This document shows, piece after piece, positions 42,228-51,683 of a DNA stretch of 64,000 nt; position 1 is the stretch's first letter, and every line of letters starts with the position of its first letter. Location: NCBI GenBank assembly GCA_964508195.1, contig CAZDSH010000001.1, positions 131,351-195,350 of the forward strand, in the 5' to 3' direction. The translations under genes and the position numbers were made by a program. A model generated the notes under the pieces. That model searched no databases, was not told the DNA's origin, and worked only from the letters and a program-made list of their open reading frames with translations. The DNA comes from an uncultured Clostridiaceae bacterium. GTDB lineage: Bacteria > Bacillota > Clostridia > Ch29.

Positions 42228-42659
42228 TCATATCCCAAGGCGCTCCATATTTTCTGCGATTTTATCGTATTCCTTTATTGTATCACTGCTGTATAGATCC
42301 CATCCCTCCACGCTCCAGATTTCCACCCGAGTAGAAACCCCTATAACTACAGCATCCTTTTCTATTGCCGCGTACTCCCTTAGATTTGCCGGGAGCAGTA
42401 TCCTACCTTGTTTGTCAAGTTCACATTCCGCAGCCCCCGAAAAGAAAAACCTAACAAAGGCCCTTGCATCCCTGGATGTAAGGGGAAGGGTTTTGAGCTT
42501 CTCTTCAAAATTACGCCATTCTATAAGGGGGTAGACGAAAAGACAATTATCGAGGCCCTTAGTCAATACAAATATCTCGCCTAGATCCTCTCTGAACTTA
42601 GACGGTATAATAAGCCTTCCTTTATTATCCAGGGAGTGATAGAACTCGCCTATAAACAC
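42228..42659 (-). CDS. mraZ: Division/cell wall cluster transcriptional regulator MraZ.
   Basis: [24 protein letters not shown] is the canonical MraZ N-terminus. The likely start is GTG at 42659. The ORF track extends to 42710. Confidence 0.88.
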   Translation of the reverse strand: MFIGEFYHSLDNKGRLIIPSKFREDLGEIFVLTKGLDNCLFVYPLIEWRNFEEKLKTLPLTSRDARAFVRFFFSGAAECELDKQGRILLPANLREYAAIEKDAVVIGVSTRVEIWSVEGWDLYSSDTIKEYDKIAENMERLGI

Positions 42660-42862
42660 TATGCCACCCCATTTAGGGACTGTTCCCCACTTCGTACCAC
42701 ATCTACCCACTTTTTTATTTAATTCTATATAACTTTCTGAATTCCTGCTTATTTTAAAAAATTTAAAATTAAAAAAGCATCGATGTACGATTTATAATCC
42801 GTCGTGGAATAGCCCTATCATACATCGGTGCTTTATAATTTAAACGTTAGAATAATTTATAA

Positions 42863-43594
42863 TTATTCTAATGCTCCCTTATTTCTGTAGAACATAATAA
42901 GTGTCCCGATTATTATTACGCCTATACTCACAAATTGGGCGGCCCTTATATTCCCAAGCATGAGACTGTCCGTCCGTAACCCCTCTACAAAAAACCTTCC
43001 TACGGAATAAAGAATTAAATATAATAAAAATATGTTACCCCTTGTTTTTCTCCTTTTACGGTACCCTAGGAGTATCAAAAATATTGAAAGGTTCCAAAGG
43101 GATTCGTATAAAAATGTAGGGTGCACCCTGAGACCGTCAACCATTATTCCCCAGGGCAGATCCGTAGGCACGCCATGGGCCTCCTGGTTTACAAAATTAC
43201 CCCACCGTCCGATGGCCTGTCCCAGTATAAGGCCCGGGGCCGCAACATCGACCAAGGCCCAAAAGTTTACGTCCTTTACCCTTGTATATATAACCGCCGT
43301 GATGATCGCTGCTATGAGGGTACCATGAATAGCTAAACCCCCACCCCTTATATTTAATATCTGCTTAGGATTCATTGAGTAGTACTCCCAGTTAAAAAAT
43401 ACATAATAAAGCCTTGCCCCTATAATACCCGAGGGTATTGCGAATATAACGAGATCCAGTATTATATTCTCATCCATACCGACCCTTTTAGACTCGCTCA
43501 AGGCATACAAAAGACCGCATACTATGCCGACGGCCATAATAATGCCGTACCACCTGACGGCTATACCGAATATTTCAAAAGCCACAGGATTCAT
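42863..43594 (-). CDS. lgt: Prolipoprotein diacylglyceryl transferase.
   Basis: Polytopic protein with the conserved start FEIFGIAVRWYG and the H103/Y235-type Lgt signature region. Confidence 0.85.
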   Translation of the reverse strand: MNPVAFEIFGIAVRWYGIIMAVGIVCGLLYALSESKRVGMDENIILDLVIFAIPSGIIGARLYYVFFNWEYYSMNPKQILNIRGGGLAIHGTLIAAIITAVIYTRVKDVNFWALVDVAAPGLILGQAIGRWGNFVNQEAHGVPTDLPWGIMVDGLRVHPTFLYESLWNLSIFLILLGYRKRRKTRGNIFLLYLILYSVGRFFVEGLRTDSLMLGNIRAAQFVSIGVIIIGTLIMFYRNKGALE

Positions 43595-43613
43595 ATCGTA
43601 CCCCCCTTTTTTT

Positions 43614-44909
43614 CTACTGCGGCGAAATTATTGATAGGGAAGAAACCCAAGGCTTTATATGCCCTTTAAACCTTTCCCTTACGGCCTCTAACTCTATCCC
43701 CTCTAATATCCCGATAAAATCCAAAAAGCTTGCCCCCTTAAAGTGGTAGGAAATGAAGTTAGAGGCTATATATTCTAACCTATCGAAGTTCCTCAGGTAT
43801 CTACCTAACAGCTTGTTCCTTGCCAGAAGAAATTCCTCCTGTTTTAGGTCATTTTGTTCCGTATCCATGATCCACCCTTTAATCATATCAAAAAGCCTAT
43901 CAGGATCAGGGGACTCGCCCCCTACCATGGAATAGGAATAATTCGTCTCCCCCACAAAATCGAAATTAAAGCTATCGTTTATAAGGCCATCATTATATAG
44001 CCTTTGGTACAGTTCAGAACTCTTTCCGAATAGCATCTCCAGTAAAACCGAAGTCATTATTTCCCTTTCAAAAAGTTCTTTCCCCGATAACTCCTTTTCG
44101 GTATCCTTAATGCCTATATTGAAAAGGGGCTGGGCCACGGCCAGGGCTTGCTTTGTCCTTTCTGCGCGGACACTTTCCGGCTCCTTCGGATAGAACCTTT
44201 TTATGCTATCCGCCCTCTTATCCGCCCCCGTCTTTATGCTTCTATCTATCAAATCTAGGGTATCTTCCACATCTATATTCCCTACTACAAACAAAGCCAT
44301 ATTGTCCGGGTGATAAAAAGTATTGTAGCATTTGTATAATATATCCCTATCTATACTAGTTATACTTTCAACGGTCCCGGCGATATCAACCCTTACGGGA
44401 TGTTCATGATACAAGCCTTGAAGCATGTTAAAAAGGCTTTTCCATTCGCCGTTATCATCATACATTTTGATCTCCTGGGCAATGATCCCCTTTTCCTTTT
44501 CCACATTTTCATCGGTAAAATGGGGTTCCTGCACAAACCCCAGTAACACTTCTAAACACTCGTAAAAGTTTTTAGTAGAGGAAAAAAGGTACGCGGTATT
44601 CGTAAAGCCCGTGTAGGCGTTGGCGGAGGCGCCTAACCTTGAGAACCGGTCGAATACATTCCCCCCTTCTTCCTCGAAGAGCTTATGCTCGAGGAAGTGG
44701 GCTACGCCCGCCGGTACCTCCGTTATATGTTCCTCACCGGGAACTATAAACTTCATATCCACGGAACCAAACCTCGTAGCAAATAGGGCAAATTGTTTCG
44801 AATACTCCTTTTTAGGGAGCAAAAAAACTTTAAGACCGCTGTCCAATTTTGAATAATATAGCTTTTCCCTTATCCTATCCATATTCATTTCCTTAAAGGA
44901 TACTGTCAT
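43614..44909 (-). CDS. M16 (pitrilysin/insulinase) family metallopeptidase.
   Basis: Inverted zinc motif HFLEH (HxxEH) is present. Length is 431 aa. Confidence 0.75.
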   Translation of the reverse strand: MTVSFKEMNMDRIREKLYYSKLDSGLKVFLLPKKEYSKQFALFATRFGSVDMKFIVPGEEHITEVPAGVAHFLEHKLFEEEGGNVFDRFSRLGASANAYTGFTNTAYLFSSTKNFYECLEVLLGFVQEPHFTDENVEKEKGIIAQEIKMYDDNGEWKSLFNMLQGLYHEHPVRVDIAGTVESITSIDRDILYKCYNTFYHPDNMALFVVGNIDVEDTLDLIDRSIKTGADKRADSIKRFYPKEPESVRAERTKQALAVAQPLFNIGIKDTEKELSGKELFEREIMTSVLLEMLFGKSSELYQRLYNDGLINDSFNFDFVGETNYSYSMVGGESPDPDRLFDMIKGWIMDTEQNDLKQEEFLLARNKLLGRYLRNFDRLEYIASNFISYHFKGASFLDFIGILEGIELEAVRERFKGHIKPWVSSLSIISPQ

Positions 44910-46204
44910 CTTTTTATTTCCTCCTTCACGGCCCTTTTATTACTAGTTAAGAAATATGTAACGACATGTTCTATTTCGTCGGCTATGCCCGTTACATCTT
45001 CCTTTGTCACCTGTTCTATCCTCTCTACCAGTACCTCTGGGGTCATGTCGTGGCCGGATACAATTTTGTTTATTAAGAAATCTACGATCTGTAATTGATT
45101 GTCCTGCATAGAATGAATACCGTTTATCAGCGCCTTTTTTGCCGCGGTAAGCTCGCTATCCGATATGTTACCCCCTTGCATCTCGTCTAACTGTTCGTTT
45201 ATTATGCCAAGGGTTTTGTCGTAATTATCTATCTCAATACCGGCACCTATGACCATAAGTCCTTTAAAACTCTCTAACCGGGAAAAGGAATAATAGGCAA
45301 GGCTAGCCTTTTCCCTGACATTGTTAAAGAGCTTTGAATGTGCCCCTCCCCCTAGTATGCTGTTATAAACCAACATGGGAACGTATCGGACATCGGCATA
45401 ATCCACGCCGGTGGTATAACCTATCGTAATTTTACCTTGGCTTACATCCATAGGTTCAATTACTTCCCTAGGTTTATCCTGTTCGATGGATAATACATCC
45501 TGCCGTGGATATTTTATATCCAGCCTTTTAAGGGTCGGCGGATTGTCCAAAAAGGGTTTCAGATCGGCTATATCTACATCCCCCACTACGAATATATCTA
45601 TAGGGGCCTCGGTTATAATATCCTCGTAATGCCTCGCTAACCCCTCGGGGGTCAGGCTCTTTAGTTCTTCCGTACCACCATATCTATACCTGCCGAAGGG
45701 CTGCCCCTTGGCCATCTCCTCGTAACATCGGTCTATAGAGTACTGAATCTTATCGTTTATCCTCGAATTTATCAGTTCTCCGAGATTGTGTTTCTCCTGA
45801 TTAAAGTATTCCTCCTTAAAGCCTGTCCCTTCAATGAGCGGCCTCTCTATAAGCCCCGTTAAAAAGTGCAGTATATCGGCTACTACACCTTCACCCTTAA
45901 TAGTATACTTATCGCTTATCACATCGCTACCCATATAGATTAACTGCACATCACCTTTTTTTAACACATCCACGTTTAACGAGGCGCCATAGCACTTTCC
46001 CAGGAATCTTTCAATAGCCCCCATATCCCTTAAATCCTCATTACCCCGTTTAAGCACACGGGGTAGCAGTGCATTGCCCGTCGTATTTACATCTAAGGAC
46101 CGGTGAACCAAAAGGTTTACTGAAACTGTTTTGAATTTCGGTTCCCTAATAAGATATAAATTGATCCCTTCTCCAAGCCGTTCTTTGTAGTATATACCCT
46201 CCAT
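44906..46204 (-). CDS. M16 family peptidase-like protein without an HxxEH motif. It is probably the non-catalytic partner.
   Basis: 432 aa with M16-like architecture. 4-nt overlap with the downstream active M16 gene. Confidence 0.6.
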   Translation of the reverse strand: MEGIYYKERLGEGINLYLIREPKFKTVSVNLLVHRSLDVNTTGNALLPRVLKRGNEDLRDMGAIERFLGKCYGASLNVDVLKKGDVQLIYMGSDVISDKYTIKGEGVVADILHFLTGLIERPLIEGTGFKEEYFNQEKHNLGELINSRINDKIQYSIDRCYEEMAKGQPFGRYRYGGTEELKSLTPEGLARHYEDIITEAPIDIFVVGDVDIADLKPFLDNPPTLKRLDIKYPRQDVLSIEQDKPREVIEPMDVSQGKITIGYTTGVDYADVRYVPMLVYNSILGGGAHSKLFNNVREKASLAYYSFSRLESFKGLMVIGAGIEIDNYDKTLGIINEQLDEMQGGNISDSELTAAKKALINGIHSMQDNQLQIVDFLINKIVSGHDMTPEVLVERIEQVTKEDVTGIADEIEHVVTYFLTSNKRAVKEEIKR

Positions 46205-46391
46205 CCGTTGTCCTCCTTTTCTATGTCCCTTAAGGGTGTTATCCCTTGTTTTGTATGTAGATGCCTATATACCTTAATTTATAATATTATTAAGAGTTAA
46301 CTCTATATTTATCCATATAACCATGAATCCCTTCTTTGGATTCAATAAAGACCTATAAAAATTGCCCTTACAAGGCCAAAAACCGGCGATA

Positions 46392-47606
46392 TTAATCCTC
46401 GAACAGATCCCACGCCATTTCAAGCCTTTCTATCAGTGCGTCTATTAAATGTTCGCTATCCCCCCAGGGACCTATAAACTCCACATCCATATATTCCGGT
46501 AGGTTTAGCTTTTCCAGAGTCCTAGGCAACGTCCTTTGAACGTTCAAATCCAAGCTTTCAAACCCCGCGGCCACTACGATGAGTTTATCTATTTGGTGTT
46601 CCATAAGAGAATCCGCCGCATCCCTTATCCCAGGCCGCCTATGACGTAGGTAAGCAACCTTTATCCTTTTATTCTCATACCCGTTTTTCATTACGCTCTC
46701 CTTAATCTTATTATAGAAAACTGCTTCCCGTTTAACGGCCTCGGGATATCTTTTTCGAATTTTTTTGTCATTCCCCGTCGCTACCAACACAATCCCTATC
46801 TGGTCCGGGTCCCTTCCCCGGGCCCCTTCTATAATACGTTGTTCGTAATAGGAAATAAGTGCATCATGATTCCAAAGGGGAAATGTAAACTTTACTTCGG
46901 CTTTTATACCGCTTTTGTTTATCGTGTCTAATATTTTGGCATCTATTATCCCTTTATAGGGCTGCTCTACTAATAAGTTATTTAACACGATTATTTTATT
47001 ATACCCATCATTTAAAATATCCCCCACCGATGTTTCAATAAAGGGCGGCCCGAAGAGGTTTGCCCTGTATAGCCTAAACTCATCGCCGATCCTTTTACTG
47101 AGTTCATTGTACAGGTTTTCACCGGTTCCGATACAATATCCCCAATCGGTCCCTTTAATGTTTCGTTTTAACTGTAATGCTCTAACGGGCATATTCCACC
47201 ATCTTACGCCGTCCATACCTACTTTTCTTTTTATGTTTAACCGATACAACACATCCTTATAATTGTATTCGCTAAGCTCCCCGGGCGAAAGGAGCAATAG
47301 GGCTATCTCTTCCCTCCTTTCCGATGGACATATCTCGCTTACGCTAGTTTTAACCGGGGATACACAAAACAAAAGAGCGCATAAAAGGTACCCACAAATC
47401 GTGATCCCCGCAATACCCAGTACCATCATTACCTTTCCCCTACGCTTTTTTATTAAAACCATAAGGGTAAAAAATATTGAGCACAAAAGAATAATCTCTA
47501 TTAATTGCGAAACACCCTGCAGAGCCATAGCCATGGCGATAGAAAAGCCCATTAAAAGCCCGAGGAACATTAACAACAAATTTTTTAAACCTAGACCAGC
47601 CCTCAT
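46392..47606 (-). CDS. Ferrochelatase/CbiX-like (class II chelatase fold) protein with an N-terminal membrane anchor of about 85 aa containing 3 TM segments.
   Basis: The C-terminal 310 aa follow the ferrochelatase pattern (LLLSPG..., RW..P, GPP, VAAGFESLDLNVQRTL). The canonical catalytic His and Glu are not evident. The hydrophobic N-terminus is Cys-containing. Confidence 0.45.
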   Translation of the reverse strand: MRAGLGLKNLLLMFLGLLMGFSIAMAMALQGVSQLIEIILLCSIFFTLMVLIKKRRGKVMMVLGIAGITICGYLLCALLFCVSPVKTSVSEICPSERREEIALLLLSPGELSEYNYKDVLYRLNIKRKVGMDGVRWWNMPVRALQLKRNIKGTDWGYCIGTGENLYNELSKRIGDEFRLYRANLFGPPFIETSVGDILNDGYNKIIVLNNLLVEQPYKGIIDAKILDTINKSGIKAEVKFTFPLWNHDALISYYEQRIIEGARGRDPDQIGIVLVATGNDKKIRKRYPEAVKREAVFYNKIKESVMKNGYENKRIKVAYLRHRRPGIRDAADSLMEHQIDKLIVVAAGFESLDLNVQRTLPRTLEKLNLPEYMDVEFIGPWGDSEHLIDALIERLEMAWDLFED

Positions 47607-47738
47607 AAAACCCCTCCTTCCTTTTCTAACTAATATTTATGCCATGGCTCCCGTATAAATAACACAAAAAAACAATGAGGACCCGGGATATTCCCGGGTC
47701 CTCCCAAAAAGATGTTTTCTTCTGGATCTTAATGCCTA

Positions 47739-48317
47739 TTAATCGGTGATCACTTCTACCATATCGCCGTTGCTAAGGCCCGCTGCATTGCCTTCTTCCA
47801 CGTCTATGTGCATATCCAGTGCAAAGTTTGGCGCTACCCTTATAAGTACATTTTCAAATACGAGACCTCGCATACCCTCGGCCCTGACCTTAACCCTTTG
47901 GAAATCCTCTACGCCAAAGGCCTTCGCATCGTCAGGGTGCATGTGAATATGCCTTGCCGCTACTATAACGCCTTTATCCAGCTCTACCTCACCCTTTGGC
48001 CCGATAATCTTTGCGCCGGGGGTACCCTCTATGTCCCCGGAATCCCTTACCGGAACCTTAAGCCCTAGCTTATAGGAATCCGATACCGATATCTCAATCT
48101 GTGTTGCACTCCTTACGGGACCTAGAATCCTAACGCCTTTAAGCGTCCCCTTCGGCCCTACTATGTCTACTTTTTCCTCACAGGCGTATTGCCCCGGTTG
48201 GGTTAAAATTTTAAACTCCGTCAGCTGATGCCCCTCACCGAAGAGTTTGTCGAGGTGTTCCTGTGTTACGTGTAAGTGCCTATTGGAAAGTCCAATGGAT
48301 ACCTTTTTACCGCTCAT
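47739..48317 (-). CDS. pduL: Phosphate propanoyltransferase / phosphotransacylase PduL.
   Basis: The two PduL repeats are present, each with an RHxH motif (SNRHLHV and ARHIHMH). Length is 192 aa. Confidence 0.75.
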   Translation of the reverse strand: MSGKKVSIGLSNRHLHVTQEHLDKLFGEGHQLTEFKILTQPGQYACEEKVDIVGPKGTLKGVRILGPVRSATQIEISVSDSYKLGLKVPVRDSGDIEGTPGAKIIGPKGEVELDKGVIVAARHIHMHPDDAKAFGVEDFQRVKVRAEGMRGLVFENVLIRVAPNFALDMHIDVEEGNAAGLSNGDMVEVITD

Positions 48318-48423
48318 ACATTCTCCTCCTAACCCCTTTAGGTTTTTATTTGTTAAAACAATTCCCCTAGCTGGAAATTGTGCTATACCGTTAATTTTAT
48401 CAGATTTAATAATATATTGCCAG

Positions 48424-49518
48424 CTACCTCGTGCCTATGTATTCGATATAACTTTTATAATTTGCGCCCATACAATCTAAGGAATCCCCTGCAAACTTTT
48501 CACAAAGCTCCTTAGCTATTTCCCAGGCTACCGCGGCCTTCGCTACCACCGCTGCAGCGTCTATAGCGCATACATCTGAACGCTGGTACACCGCCTTAAC
48601 CTCTTCCTTTGTTTCCATATCAACGCTTGGTAAGGGTTTTGCCAGGGTGGGTATAGGTTTAAAGGCGCAGCGCAGAACTAATGGGCTTCCGTTCGTCACG
48701 CCCCCTTCTAGGCCGCCGGCATTATTGGTCTTTCGGTAATACCCTACATCCCCATTGTAGAATATCCCATCATGTACCTGGGATCCCCTAAGATCCGCTA
48801 CCTTAAAGCCCATACCTATTTCGATACCCTTTATACCCTGAATGCTCATAAGGGCCCTAGCCAGTTTGCCATCTAGCCTCCGATCGTAATGGACATAGCT
48901 GCCTAGCCCCGGGGGTAACCCCGTAGCCGTTATTTCCAATACACCCCCCAGGGTGTCCCCGTCTTCCCGGGCACCTTTGATAATCCCCTTTGCCGAGCTT
49001 TCCGATGCATCGTCGCCAAGCCGTATACCGCCTATGCTTATTACTTTCTTTTCTATCCCTATATCAAACTGCTGCAACAACTGTAGGGCCACGGCACCTA
49101 CTGCGGTCCTTATAGCGGTTTCCCGGGCGCTGGCCCTTTCTAAGACGTTCCTTATATCCCTATGATTATATTTAATGGCCCCGGCGAGGTCCGCATGCCC
49201 CGGGCGTGGCCTTTTTATGGGTTCGTCAATGGCGGCCACCGTTTCGGCAACCATTGCGTCCTTCCAGTTCTCCCAGTCCTTATTTTCTATATATAGGCAA
49301 AGGGGGCTACCCAGGGTGTAACCACCCCTCATCCCTGATAGCACCCTTACGCTATCCTTTTCGATCTGCATCCTTTCGCCCCTGCCACTTCCCCTTTGCC
49401 TTTCGGCAAGGACCTCGTTAATACTTTTAAGGTCTATGGGCATATTCGACGGAAGGCCTTCTATTATCGCGCAAAGCCCTATACCATGGGATTCCCCCGC
49501 GGATAAATATCTTAACAT
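48424..49518 (-). CDS. aroC: Chorismate synthase.
   Basis: Start MLRYLSAGESHG, then GRGERMQ and ARETA. Confidence 0.92.
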   Translation of the reverse strand: MLRYLSAGESHGIGLCAIIEGLPSNMPIDLKSINEVLAERQRGSGRGERMQIEKDSVRVLSGMRGGYTLGSPLCLYIENKDWENWKDAMVAETVAAIDEPIKRPRPGHADLAGAIKYNHRDIRNVLERASARETAIRTAVGAVALQLLQQFDIGIEKKVISIGGIRLGDDASESSAKGIIKGAREDGDTLGGVLEITATGLPPGLGSYVHYDRRLDGKLARALMSIQGIKGIEIGMGFKVADLRGSQVHDGIFYNGDVGYYRKTNNAGGLEGGVTNGSPLVLRCAFKPIPTLAKPLPSVDMETKEEVKAVYQRSDVCAIDAAAVVAKAAVAWEIAKELCEKFAGDSLDCMGANYKSYIEYIGTR

Positions 49519-49673
49519 CTTTAAACACCGCCTATGGATTTTTTATTATTATACTACACTTTTTATGAATAAAAAAATAGGGGCCGGAATTGTCCCTTTT
49601 AAAACTGGACATTAACCGTCCCCTATTCTAGAGACGTTTCTAGATTCATAATCCCCTTAGTATAATCTAACCC

Positions 49674-50279
49674 CTAGGGGCAATAAAAGTCATGGTTGCC
49701 TATAGTCGTTACGTATTCTAACCTTTCCCTAAACCATTTGGCAGCACCCTTGCCTGCAAGGTTTTCATATATAAAAAACAGTGCATTCCCTACGGTTTGC
49801 CCGTTATCCCCCGCGGGTTTTTCCCCCGCTAAGGCATCCATAGCGGCTCTATAGGCCTCTTCACCGGGTTCTTTGTTCTTCCATCCGCCATCGGTTAACG
49901 GTTGAAATTGGCCCCTTTGGTATATTACGCCCTTTATAGTATCGGGAAAGTTTTCGCTCATAACCCTATTCAGTACAACAGCCCCGACCGCTACCTTACC
50001 GTCATAGGGCTCATAGCGGGCTTCACACTCTATTATCTTTGCTAATAGGTAAAGGTCCTCCTCCTTATCCTTATCTATCCCCTTTGCGCCTCGGCTTACT
50101 ACGGCCCCTGGGCTTAATGCAGCGGGCATCATCCTTTGATCCTGTAAAGGCGTTACCCCCGGGGCACTAAGATAAGTATCCTCTATAGGTTTAACGCTAT
50201 CCTGTCCCCCCGTTAGCAGTATCATCGCCGTTATTGAAATGACGGCCCAGAATACTGCCCTTTGTGCTTTTATCATCAT
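49674..50279 (-). CDS. Cell wall hydrolase of the SleB/CwlJ family (spore cortex-lytic enzyme-like).
   Basis: The C-terminal Hydrolase_2 domain (LLAKIIECEARYEPYDGKVAVGAVVLNRV...IGNHDFYCP) matches the SleB catalytic domain. N-terminal signal peptide. Start at MMIKA with GGAGGA upstream. Confidence 0.8.
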   Translation of the reverse strand: MMIKAQRAVFWAVISITAMILLTGGQDSVKPIEDTYLSAPGVTPLQDQRMMPAALSPGAVVSRGAKGIDKDKEEDLYLLAKIIECEARYEPYDGKVAVGAVVLNRVMSENFPDTIKGVIYQRGQFQPLTDGGWKNKEPGEEAYRAAMDALAGEKPAGDNGQTVGNALFFIYENLAGKGAAKWFRERLEYVTTIGNHDFYCP

Positions 50280-50395
50280 TTTCTCCTCCTGCTTATGGAA
50301 ACTTAAACCAACACAAGTCAGAACTATACCATGTATTGGAATACATTGCAACCTCCCTACTGTTTATATCCATTTTTTATATAAAATATAACCAT

Positions 50396-50421
50396 AAAAA
50401 AAAGACCGCTCGTTTAGCGAT
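50396..50421 (-). terminator. Rho-independent terminator between punA and the sleB-like gene.
   Basis: On the minus strand: GATCGCT-AAACG-AGCGGTC (7 bp including one G-U pair), then TTTTTTTT. Confidence 0.6.
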
Positions 50422-50619
50422 CCCATAATTCTTTCCCTCCAGCCTTTATCCTGTACCGTAAACCCGATCTTTGGGTTGGATCCTAAGTGATTTTAAATAA
50501 ACGCCATGACCCCCCATATCGGTTTTTTACCCCTTTAAAACCTTAAAAAAATCATCCCTCCGACAATTTTTCCGCCACTTATACGACAGATGCATAAAAG
50601 ACACAAAATTATTAATACA

Positions 50620-51459
50620 TTAAAGCCTTTTTAATATTTCTTTAAGCAACGCCACGAACTTTGCCTGGGATTTCTGTCCTACCTCCAGTACCTTTTCATG
50701 ACTCGGTACATGATCCGATACCCCCGCGGCCATATTGGTTATACAGGAGATACCTAGCACCCTCATACCGCAATGGGCTGCGGCGATAACCTCCGGTACC
50801 GTGGACATGCCTACTGCATCGCCGCCGATAATTCTGAGCATTTTTATCTCCGCGGGGGTTTCATAACTAGGGCCCGTGACGCCGCAGTAGACCCCCTTCT
50901 TTATTCCTAACCTAAGTTCCTTTGCACAGGCTAGGGCAATATCGACGAATCCCTTATCGTAGGCTTTAGTCATACCGGGAAACCTCTCTCCTAGCTCATC
51001 TACATTCGGACCGATAAGGGGGTTATGTCCCATCATATTTATGTGATCCGTTATAACCATCAAATCACCGGCTTCGAAGGACCTGTTTATGCCCCCCGCG
51101 GCATTTGTAACTATAAGCTTTTCTACGCCCGTAAGCCTTAATGCCCGTACTGGAAATACTACCTTGTCCATGGTATAGCCCTCATAGTAATGAAACCTGC
51201 CCTGCATTGCTATAACGTGCCTTCCCATAAGTTTGCCGGATATTAACCGTCCCGCATGTCCCTTTACCGTCGATAGGGGAAACCCTGGAATGTCTGTATA
51301 TTCGATCATTTTTTTATTTTCGAAACATTCCGCTAAATAGCCTAATCCGGAACCTAGGATCATACCGATAGTAGTTTTCCTTTCAAGTTTATCCTTTATA
51401 AATTCCGCCGCTTTTTTATATTCCTCTATCCTTTCCAAAGATTGTCCCTCCCTATGCAA
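50620..51459 (-). CDS. punA: Purine nucleoside phosphorylase (PNP-I family).
   Basis: 279 aa. GSGLG near the N-terminus and the central motif VTNAAGGIN. Confidence 0.88.
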   Translation of the reverse strand: MHREGQSLERIEEYKKAAEFIKDKLERKTTIGMILGSGLGYLAECFENKKMIEYTDIPGFPLSTVKGHAGRLISGKLMGRHVIAMQGRFHYYEGYTMDKVVFPVRALRLTGVEKLIVTNAAGGINRSFEAGDLMVITDHINMMGHNPLIGPNVDELGERFPGMTKAYDKGFVDIALACAKELRLGIKKGVYCGVTGPSYETPAEIKMLRIIGGDAVGMSTVPEVIAAAHCGMRVLGISCITNMAAGVSDHVPSHEKVLEVGQKSQAKFVALLKEILKRL

Positions 51460-51683
51460 TTAGTATAGTTGCTTTACCGATGAATTTTGCCGCCGTTTAT
51501 ACTTGTTAACATAAAGCCTCGGTTATCATATCTCTAAACATCAGCCGCTTCTCTGTGGCCCATAAGTTTTAAACGCACTTTTTAGGTTTTTGTGCAATCA
51601 TTTTTGGCATATTATTTATAGCGGTTTTCTCAGTCTAGTATACCATTTTAACAAAAAAAAGAAAAACCTGCACTCTGTGCAGG

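Noticed and set aside
49600-49690. XbaI-site inverted repeat (TCTAGA gacgtt TCTAGA) and a CCCCTAGGGG palindrome at the sleB-like gene end.
   Set aside because: These are short palindromes made of self-complementary hexamers, and no flanking T-run is present. They are likely incidental.
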